Assembly: GCA_000165425.1 (NCBI GenBank)
Contig: CT868152.1
Span: forward strand, 1-64,000
Length of the DNA stretch: 64,000 nt
Reading direction: 5' to 3'
Origin: Paramecium tetraurelia
Lineage: Eukaryota
Each line of letters starts with the position of its first letter. Within the stretch, counting starts at the first letter, position 1. Below the pieces are notes generated by a model that saw only the letters and a program-made list of their open reading frames with translations, made no database searches and had not been told where the DNA came from. A program made the translations under genes and the position numbers. Below, one piece after another: positions 53,467 to 64,000 of the stretch.

Positions 53467-54083
53467 ATGATCATAAAAGTTGGTCACCTTAATGGTGAAG
53501 TTAAACTATATGATTTGGCTGATTCAACCTCAGCCGGTCATTTGATGTAACTTATTCAATCTGAATTGGGTTGTGAAGTTTCATTAGTCAACTCTGGAGA
53601 AGCTGTAGCAGCATCTGCATTTTTAGGTAATTACAACCACTAATAAATTATAGGTACCGAAGGTATTTTACTATGTAACTGTTGACGCAGAAGGAGGTAA
53701 GAAGAAAAAGAAGAAGAAGAAGAATTTTGCTAAACCCAAAAAGAAGAAGCACCGACACCGAAAAGTCAAATTAGCTACACTCAAGCTATATACCATTGAC
53801 AATAAAGGTGTTGTTTAAAGATCTCACAAACAATGCCCATAATGTCCATAAGGTGTATATATGGCTAAGCATTTTGATAGACACTATTGTGGCACATGCC
53901 ATTAAACATTTAGAATGGACGAGGCAACCGTAAGAATCTATTAATTATTATTAGATCAAAGCTAACTTAGAAGCTATCAAAAAATAACAAGCAGCTAAAG
54001 CAGCAGCTGCTGCTGCCGCAGCACCAGCAGGAGGAGCTGCAGCTGGAGGTGCCGCTGGTGGTAAGAAAGGAAAGAAGAAGTGA
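53467..54083 (+). CDS. RPS27A: 40S ribosomal protein eS31 (S27a) fused to a divergent ubiquitin-like leader; apparent +1 frameshift near 53665
   Basis: [61 protein letters not shown]; Ala/Gly tail; two introns. Confidence 0.9.
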
Positions 54084-55326
54084 TCATCAGTATAATAACA
54101 TTAAATATAATATCGAATAATCCTTATTTAGCACTTATTTTATATGTGTTGCTAGAATTTAGTATTAAAGCAAAACTATTTATAATATTTTATTTTAAGC
54201 AGAAATTTAAGATACTAAGAAATTTGGTTGAAAAAGTTTTCGAATACTATTTTTCGTATTGTTTTATATTAACAAGTATTCTTTCTACTTCTTTTTGATT
54301 TTATTTTTTAATACTCTTTTTATTTATCCAAATTATAAAAAAAATAGGTGCAATGCCAAGGATTATTATTGTGATTGAATTAAAAATATTTATTTTGATT
54401 CTATACATATAAAATGATTGTATTATGCAATTCGCTAATTTAATTTATTAGAAACTATCAATTCATAATTACTAATAAAATTAATCATTAAAAGATAATA
54501 TTGTATATGCAATTCAACCTAAGTTAATATTTACATTGATTATAATTATCTGGTTTCATATGAATGGTTAAAAAGATTGATTCTTGTTCGAAACGAAATG
54601 TTTAAAATTTTAGTAAACACAAAATTATAACATTTTAAGTAAACACTATTCTATTTCGAAATTTATAAGGAATAACTACTTACATTTTCTCAATTAAATA
54701 CTTTCTTTGTTCAAACTTAATTATTTTTTTGTTAATTTTGGTTATCTATCTATCTATCTTTATCTAAATAAATAGGATAACAAATTAATTTGAATCTATA
54801 TTTTATTATTGATTGCCTGATACTTAATTTAGTAATGAAGCTCTACTTGGTAGAAGCACTTCGAAACATTTATGTTAAATCTCATAATTCTAAAGTAAGG
54901 AATAGGCATTTTAGTTTTCTCAAAATTATAATTACTATATGCCTATATTGATATGATAGAGATTCCTTGATGATTGCTACATTTCCTTATGTCTAATATA
55001 GTTCTTAGGATTTAAATTACTTAAAGAATAGAATTGATATTAAATATAAACTAAAAGTTGGACTTGATTCTTGCATAATTCATTACAAATATTGGATCTG
55101 AATATTAAAAGTTATGATAGAATAACTATCTCTGGTGATATTGAGTTATGGGATTCACAACAGAGTTTCTGTCCACAAAAGTGATTTTAGGAGTTCGCAG
55201 TTGAGTTATCAAATATTTTTAAACAATATTAAAATGGATTCTAAACTTATTATGTAATAATTCAAAATAACCCAAGAATTCAATAAGTTTTAAATAGCAA
55301 TAATAGTAAATTTTATTAATATTTTT

Positions 55327-57277
55327 ATGAAATAGATTCTCTCTCAAAGTTTTACACCAGAAACAGCACATATATTGTTTAGATAGCAGTCAGAGAGACC
55401 GAATTTATTGTAAAGATAGCGGAATCAAAAAGAATGTGATGCAAAAGATTTGTACACATTAATTGTCAATAACAATATGATTAAAGAGATTAGGATTATT
55501 AATGTTTTTAAGGAGGAAGATCGAGAATCAATTTTCAAAAATCATATTGTGAATTATGTAATCCAAATAAGAACAGATTATATCGATTATACAATTCCAA
55601 AAAGATATTCTGAGTTTGAGAGATTATACGATTCAGTAAATAAATCAAATGAAATTTAGTTACCAATTTCTTAGAAAATCATGCCCAAATTTCCTTAAAA
55701 GAAAGTTATTTAAACAAATTCTAGAAAAACAATTGCAAAAAGATAAGAAATGCTTGAAAGTATAATATAAAGTAATTAGAATTTTTATAATATTTGTTAC
55801 ATCATTTAGACCATTCATTATATTTGTTTTTGGACTTTATAAAAATTAAAGGTATTTGTAAAATATATAAAAATCTTAGAGTAATTCCAGAAAGGGGGTT
55901 TTGATTAAAATGTGAAAATGCATCAATTTAGTAAAGATGAAAATGCCTTGTGTGATCTCTTGGAAACAAGTCCAAAAAAAATATAACCAAATAACTAGGC
56001 AGAATAAATGATATTACATTTTTTATGGAAATTAAATGAAACAGTTAATGAAAGAGGCAAAATATTTTAGTAATTCAATGAATTTATAATTTTAGGAAGA
56101 TGGAGAAGCATTTTTTTGGTAAAATTCAGTAGATCTCTCCTCTGCTTTTGAAAGTATTATTAATTGGTGATGATGAAAGGGAGCTTCAAGGAATCATGCA
56201 AATGCTCTCAATTTAAACTAATGATGTTCAAAGTCACATCAGTTGCATTAATGGATTCTAGTTCTTTAGGAAAATTTTGGAATATGATTATAATCCAAGT
56301 AATATTAATCAAGATATTCAATAGATGCTGAATAGGCAATTAAATTATTTAGTGAAATCAGTATTAAGTAATTCAGAACGATGACGATATAATCTCATAT
56401 TTGTGGATAGCAGAAGTTATGCAAATAGGATTCATTAATGATTCTACATAAATACATTCAGTAGAATCAATTGAAAAATCAAATGATTAACTATTTATTA
56501 GTTGATGATGAGGCTATTCGAGAATATGATTCCTATGTTTAGAAACAGGTGAATAAGATGAATGATGAGGTTAAATAAATAAGGGATAGCAATGAAAACC
56601 TGTAAGAGTTATTGCCCACTAAATCTAATTCAATCGAACATGCTATTCTAGAATAGGAACCTACGCTTGAATAATTAGTTGAAATAAGTCAGATGAACCT
56701 AAATTGGAAATATGTTCAAGGTAACTTTATTATAGTAATAGAAGAATGTGGAAGACACACTATGTATCATCTTTAAGGATAATTTATCAAGACAGTTCAT
56801 CCAATTGAATGTCCAATTGAAAAGGCCATACAAATATTCACTGATCTTAAACAATAATGGTTCCATGGAATGCTATAGAAAGATGTTTTGGAGAAGGTTG
56901 ATGATTATAGAAGTGTGATCGTAGAATACTACATTTGGGAAGACAAGTCGACCTTTAAGAAAATGGCTTTCATTAGTGATTAAGAGATTCTTAAAATTAA
57001 CGATTCCACTTATCAAATCACAATTGTACCAAATAATAAGCAATTGCCTATCCATTACAAATTGAAATGTGATCAAAAAGGTAATTTCAAAGTTCAAATA
57101 AGTTTAGGTCAAAAAATGAGTCTTATTCTGATTAAATCAATACAATCTAATCATACTGAAGTTGTGATTTATCAGAATATAATGGATCTCACTTTCAGAA
57201 ATGCTTTGGCACCAGTTATATTGAAAGAGATTCCTTGGTTCAATGATGCCATATCTAAACTAAAAGCCTTGCTATGA
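55327..57277 (+). CDS. PX-domain protein with possible C-terminal START-like domain
   Basis: HIVNYVIQI..IPKRYSEFERLY..MPKFPQKK..IAKRQEMLEKFL (PX). The C-terminus WKYVQ..IECPIEKAIQIFTDLKQQWF..VLEKVDDYRSVI..TEVVIY resembles START (weaker). Confidence 0.75.
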
Positions 57278-57338
57278 GAATTATCATTATTTACTAATTA
57301 ATTGATAAAATTTATTTACTTTTATTCTTAAATAAAAA

Positions 57339-57764
57339 ATGGGCACCTGTTAATCCGATAATCCTTATTAAAACGAAAGTTAACCATAATCAGAGGAGGA
57401 ACATGTTGAAACTGAGCAAATGCAATATGTGGTTTTAGCAAGTTGGAAACATGATTAGTAGAATGGATCTAATAAACCAAATCACATAGTCTTTGGAAAA
57501 CAAAATGGGGATTATTTATAAAGCCATAATTAATTTTAGATGAATTAGGGTTCAGTTTAACATTCAAGAATCGCTGCTTCATCGAATTAACCCAATGTTC
57601 CCAACATATCAAATATTACATCGAAACCTTTCAATCAAATTGAATAAAAATAGAGATTTTCAGCATTCAGTGGATACTCGTAAACTGATAGAACTGCTGG
57701 ATTAGTGAAAGATCAAGATATTTAAAGAAGACCCATCAATATAGCTAAAAGGAACATATTTTGA
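57339..57764 (+). CDS. Small low-complexity protein with MGTC N-terminus (putative myristoylation)
   Basis: Continuous table-6 ORF MGTCQSDNPYQ..IAKRNIF*. Confidence 0.6.
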
Positions 57765-57808
57765 TTAATATATTTTATGAATTTTCTAATTAGCTCATAA
57801 TTTATATT

Positions 57809-59173
57809 TCATTTGCCTAATTAAAATTATTTAAGCAAATTTTATAAATCCTCTTTGAAGTTACCAGAATTAAAGTTATCATCATTCACCTTTAAATTAC
57901 ACAACAAATTCAATAAGATCTTCTAAGATACGGATTTAGGCTTAGCTGCTGAGGCTTTGAATTGATACAATTTAAAATGAATTATCTTAATAATCTATTC
58001 ATCATCATAACCTTTTAATTCTTAGAAATCCAACTACCATTATTTTAAAACAAATTTTTCAAACCTGTATGCTTAATCATGTGATTTAACTATTTCATCA
58101 CGAAATGTTAAAAATTTATTTCTGTTATCCAAAAATCCTTTCTCCTAGAGCACAAGTTTATCTTTCAAAATTTTTGAACTCATAGTTAAATATTTTGATA
58201 AGGTGCTTAATAGTTTTGGATATCTATCTACTGCCTATTAATTATTATTTGGGTAATGTAAAGACAATTATAAGGCTATATAGGTTAATAGAATTTAAAA
58301 TATTTCTTTTCTATATTCCTAACAAATTGGGCTTTCAAGATCAATATAATAAACAAAGATTTTTTATGAATCCCTCTAGCGTGTTATTTTCATAAGGTTT
58401 AAGAAATAAAGTTCAAATGGATCCGTTCGATAAAAATTCTTCATTTCTTCTCTTTTTTATACTTCAAAATCTAAGCATTCTTGGTCCAACAATTCCTCAA
58501 TAGTCATTCTTTGTCCACAATAAAAAGAGAGCAGAGAATTTACCACCCTAACCACTTCTTTAGGCTCATTTTTGTCATCTATCTTTTAATCTATTTGTTT
58601 ATGTGCTAACAAATCCTTTCCTAATTCTACTATTTATTTACCATAATAATCTTTCTTTTTTTTGTACATTTACCACATCATTTTAGCCACTTACCAAAAA
58701 TCTGCCTCATATGTATTCATCAACTTATATAAACATTCTGGAGGAAATTACAGTTGATCTGCTGAGTGAAAAAATCCAAAAGATCCATAATTAAGTTAAT
58801 TGGTTTCTTTTACATAAGTAATGCATTCTAAAGATAAACATCTTCCAAATAATTTGTTTGTATGCAATTCATATAATCCTTCGATAAGTTATTTGAATAT
58901 TTCCTTAAAATGGTATGGATTTAGCTCATTATTATTACTGAGTTCTTCAAGACTTTTCAATTTTGTAAAATCAGGGTAGCATTCGAATGTGATCATCTAG
59001 ACGGTTTCTCGATCTTGATTAATAGTTTTGTAAATAAAATCAAAATGTTTCACATGTCTTAGATGAGGGCATTTTTAAGGAGTTAATTAAGCATCTTTCT
59101 CTTCTTGCAAATATTGTCTATTTCTATATATGTTTTCTTGTACTTTTTAAGGGCTTCCCCAACTCGGTCCCAT
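57809..59173 (-). CDS. Protein-kinase-fold pseudokinase
   Basis: MITFECY, IFKQLIEGLYELHTNKLFGRCLSLECI (HRD lost), YGSFG (DFG lost), FPPE, ADFWQVA, QRMTIEELL. Confidence 0.75.
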
Positions 59174-59772
59174 TATTTATTATTTTATTTTATTATTTAA
59201 TTCCTAAAGAATAGTTTTAAATTTAAGTATATCTGAAATAGTAACTAATCCCCAAAATATTTTGAAAGGATACCTATTTATGGGTATATTGGTATAGACA
59301 TTTTGTAGATTGCATGAGAATTTCTAAAATTAAATAGAATATATTCTTCACTCTATTATAATTATTTATGTAATTTTTCTAATTTGAATTTCATAATCAA
59401 ATTTAGATGGATCATTTAAATTATATATTTAGATAAATAAATGATTATATTTATGAGATTAAAATTATTTACTAAAAGAAATTTTGATAACAAATTTTAT
59501 TGTGAATAAAATTTGAAGCTACAAGTTATGAAATGATATCAAACGAATTTGATGAGCAAGTCATATTCGATTTTATTATATTTATAATGAAGAATGTCAT
59601 AAATAAATTTTAATTGGAAATTTTACAAAATTAATTGTATATTTGATTACAAATCAAAATAATCTTTAAAATTTTTCATGTTTGAATTAAAATTATTCGT
59701 AATACGCATTAATATGTGTTGATATAGTTGGATAACTTTAAAAATTTTACAATAATTAAAAACAGATATTGG

Positions 59773-61331
59773 ATGAAACCATTCTTACCACTCAATGTTA
59801 ATGAAAACATCCCCAGTGACAAAATCGATTCCTATATCTCTTACATGGTATAAAATCTCATTACAATATAGTCTCAAGTCTACAACGTGCAATAATATAT
59901 GCTGATTCAGGCTTAAAATTAGATCATGCAGGCTCAACTACTGAAATTGTAAAGTGGCACTGTTAATCAGAATGCCCTTTTATAACAAAAAGCAGTATAA
60001 TTGTCAGAACAGATTATATCAAAAGGAGTACAGATTTCCACAAAGGACTTTATTCCATCTTCTAATATGCCAATTCTGGCCAAATATATAGCCAACATAT
60101 ATATTTATCTAATGAAATAATGCTCATCGGATAATGATGAAGTCACATTGAATTACATAAAGGACCCCAATTCGATTGTTATTGATTAGAAGCTATGGGA
60201 TTTAATATGTGAGATAATCAGTAAAAAGTTAGTTTGTCTCAAAGCCAATGATATAATTTGCACTAATAGTATTGATTCTAATTTTATATATAGATTCTTA
60301 AATTGGAATTGTTAGCTAATCTTTGTTATTTAGCAGTATCATAAGGAAAGTAATCTTCAAGAAATTGCATGGAAATGCTCAATAGATAAACTTTTAAACT
60401 TTAAATGATTTATTGGGATAGGAGAACAGATCGGATGAATTCTTATACAAATTCTTATGTGAAGAGGACAAGAATACTATGACTAGATAGTCTTGTTAGA
60501 TAGCATTAGAAAAGATGTTCGAAAAAAGCAATTAGTATTTTCATGAATCAAATCTGATTGAGTAAATTATTGAGAACTAAGGATAATTTAATATTAATGG
60601 AAATTTTGAGTATCATGCTGAAAAGGTATAATAATACAACTATTGCGATCTAGTACTTGAGCATAATCAAAATATATTAGAATTCTGATTAAACTAAAGT
60701 GATTGAATAATTGATCAATGGGTTATTCATGAATTAATAGTAAATTGATGCCAAGTAATTCATATTCAATTCCAATCAACTTGAGGAGAAACTCAAAAAA
60801 ATCCTATTTATGTTTGTAGATATAGTAAGAATAGAGAATTCTATAATTTCGATAGTATTGGAAAATAAAATGTATATTAGTTGTTAATAGATTATAGATC
60901 TGAAGAGCCCTAGAAAAACCCTCTTGAATATTATGCCAAACTGATTGAAAGAATAAAGAATAAATGTAGAAGTAGAGAGGATGAGTTTTGTAATTGTAAA
61001 AGGTGTTTGTGTGTTAAGAGAAACCGAGATAGTGCAAGAGAAGCATAGAAAAGGAAGAGAGAAGCTTTGGAGAAGATTGGCCCACTTTAGCAGGAGTATG
61101 AAAAGATAAATAAGAAGGTAAAAATAAAGAGAATGTTTTAGGTTTAATTATTATAATTTGATAATTCAAAATTGAAGGCAGCGTTTTTTGAAGCATTAAG
61201 GAACCCAGTAATAGAAAATATAATAAAAACGCAATATCAAAATGAATTTTCTAATTTAGCGATTATGATGTAATAAGAGTCCTAGGATATATAAAAAGAG
61301 GAGTATTAATCACAGTCCTGAGATTAAATGA
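59773..61331 (+). CDS. bZIP-like transcription factor with atypical basic region
   Basis: VKRNRDSAREAQKRKREALEKIGPLQQEYEKINKK..LQFDNSKLK. Upstream exons are open in table 6; one frame ambiguity near 60525; start approximate. Confidence 0.7.
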
Positions 61332-61716
61332 TTTTGTGTGTAATCTTTATACTTGAATAATATATATAAATACTTACCCATCACAACCGAATAGTTTTTA
61401 AGTCCATTCCTATATCAAGAGATTGTTTTAACCTTATTCCATCATTTACCCTCAACTGAAAACAAATGCATAGAGTAAGTTTATAATTTAATAATTTATA
61501 ATAGTCCTATAGAAAAAGTATCATTAATTGAGTAATCAGTATGACATTTAAAATATAACATTATCCTAGAATAACTTTAACATTAATTATTAATTATTTA
61601 TTCTAAATATATAATTATATGTCTCAGGTTTTCTTGACAATTGGATAATTAAATTGTTGGTATTTGTAATCATATTAAAAAATATAAATAATTGAAATAA
61701 TAATCATTACATCTAA

Positions 61717-64000
61717 TCAAAGAAGCATAGCTATAAATATCAGCAATGAATATATCTTTTAACTATTCGTCAAAAAAACAGATTGAGGAATTTCTTCAAT
61801 GATTTCAACTTTATAACAGGGTGGTGTAAATAAATCATCCCAAGTACATATATCGAACTGTTGACATTACTTTTTATTATAATTGAATTAGCATTATGGA
61901 ATGCAAATCTATAAATAATAGATATGATTTACTTTGATTTATTAATTGAATTAACAACGAGTTTTGGGACAAGATAACTAATTGTAACTCTCACATGACA
62001 AAGATTTACATAATTACTTTTTCACATCATATTCACAATAATCTGCATAATTCATACATTCACAAGCATCTAAAATTTATTGGCAAGTTAGACAAAGATT
62101 CGAGTGAACTTAGAGACAAACACTTTATAGTACTTAAACACCATGACAAAATACATTCTTTTAAAGAGAATTGCATCCTTCAAATGTACAAAATTAATTG
62201 GTTATATGATTCTCAGTAATACTATGCCATGAACACTGCATCCCATTCTAATAATTAATATTACAATAATATTCTGTTTTAATTTCAGAACATGATATTT
62301 ATTCCCTACAATAGTAATCGATCCAAGTACAATTAAAGTTGATACAACTTTATTTATCCTTATTATGATGACATTGTTTTGTTACACATGACAACAATAA
62401 AACACAATTGCTAGTATATTTGCCACATTCTATTTAGTTCAGCTTCTCACAACTTTCAAATTGAGCACACCTATCATTATCCCCGTTTATACATGCCATG
62501 TTATCAAAACTGTATTCAGAACAATCACATTATGGATTTTGTATATCATTGCATGAATCAGCTTCATTACATTCTCCTGCAATATTTTAATAACAAGCTT
62601 TTCCACTTTCTAATTGATTACAAACATTCTGGAAACCATCATTTATTTTTTTACAAACTCTTTTGCTATCTTCAGATATAGATATATCAAAAGAACATTT
62701 ACTCGAATAATTGCAATTCTCTTGATCTTAATTATCGAGACAATCCTTTTACTACATAATTAGCTTTTTGCATTAACATATTTCATCCTTCCATTAACAT
62801 TAATCCATTTAATTGCATCCATTCATGTTTATTCCTGGAGTAGAACAAAAATCATCAAATGATGATTCTATGCATCCAAATCCTAATTAGTTATATTTGC
62901 ATGTCCCAACTTTAATTTATGAACAAACTGATTCATTAGCAAAGTTAGCATCTCTGCATGACATATTGCTGTTCTAATCAAACAATTTGCAAGTATAATT
63001 TTCAAAATAGCAGTTTTTGATTTGCATACATCCATATGAGTTGATACCTTGAACATTACAATCTGTTATATCATTATCAAGCCTTTTACAGGTATGATTT
63101 TCAGAATCATAAAAACAAGCCTCATATTCGACAACCATACTACATACCAAGGCATTTACAATCAAATCATTTCCTTCACATTTTCCTGGTATTGTTTCTT
63201 CACAATGATCGAAATCATCATTCATACCTTTTACCCAAGTACACGGTTAACTCTTTAAATTAACGCATGCTTCTTGATTTAATCCTATGTGATTACATTT
63301 TACTTTGTTTAAATCAACCTAATCGCAACCTTCTTCTATACCACCGCAAGGGCCTTTCACTTCCCTTTAAGAACAGTTTATAGGATTGGTGCCTTATATT
63401 TAACAATTACGCTCATAATTTTCAAGGTTTGCTTCTTAATTATTCTAACAAACTTTCTTTTCATAATTCCAAGTACAAAATTAATCTTTTCGTTTTACTG
63501 AGAGACATGCTAAATAATTCATTCCAGGGTTTGGAGGACTGCATGACAGATAATCTGTCTTTTTAATCTAGACACAATAGTATAAGTTTTAATCATAAAT
63601 AACAGCCACATTTTTTAACAAACGGCAAGTGTTGCTATTAACATACCTTTTTAATAATAATTCTGTATCTAATTCATTAACTTAAACTTTCTAACATTCT
63701 CCATGCTTCCATTAACAATATGTTCCTTCCGTTGTTATTCTTAAACAAGCTTTAAGACTCAAATTATTTTCACAATCGCTTTCATTTTGTTTGACAAATA
63801 TTTCACAATGTTCTAAAACATTATCTTGTACAGACTTCCAAAAACATTCAAACTTTGTTTACTACAAACATGCATTTTTATTAATATTATTAGGACAATT
63901 GGTGTGATTTCCCTCATTTTCATGAAATGCTTAGCATTTATCATCTTTAAAAACACACATTTCTCCAAATTTCTCAACTTGAATACAGGCATTTAAATTA
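61717..64000 (-). CDS. Cys-rich repeat surface protein, 3' part (continues beyond the window); same type as 34349-44892
   Basis: LNACIQV..CVF, INKNACL..CFW and GMNKHGCN..CQW repeats; hydrophobic end YSLLIFIAMLL*. Confidence 0.85.

Noticed and set aside
54835..55187. Possible small gene starting MKLYLVEALRN
   Set aside because: TGA stops in the candidate frames and no recognisable motif.
1..64000. tRNA, rRNA, telomeric repeats, CRISPR or prokaryotic defence systems
   Set aside because: None recognised by eye and the sequence is eukaryotic; small ncRNAs cannot be excluded without a covariance-model search.

Overview
AT-rich, gene-dense macronuclear DNA of a ciliate, almost certainly Paramecium. 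TAA/TAG read as Gln, TGA is the only stop, GT-AG introns are about 20-30 nt and intergenic gaps are often under 50 bp. The supplied standard-code ORF track is therefore largely uninformative, and genes were re-read by eye with translation table 6; boundaries are approximate where noted. The first ~11.6 kb is a decayed region: two WD40 genes, repeat-family pseudogenes, a possible IS630/Tc1 remnant, two N gaps and an artefactual duplication. The rest encodes a UBL-coiled coil-vWA-alpha-kinase, a small Tim, a Sestrin, a slicer-dead Piwi, TSG101/Vps23, a TTL-family ligase, a CCDC17 pseudogene and a RING-UBR-box protein. It also encodes a ~10.5 kb Cys-rich surface protein, a CCCH-zinc-finger-vWA-alpha-kinase, two ankyrin paralogues, a PHO80-type cyclin, a divergent UBL-eS31 fusion, a PX/START-like protein, a pseudokinase, an atypical bZIP and the 3' part of a second Cys-rich surface protein. 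The most notable observation is two vWA-alpha-kinases carrying different N-terminal modules (tandem CCCH fingers versus UBL). No database search was run, so all novelty claims are hypotheses.
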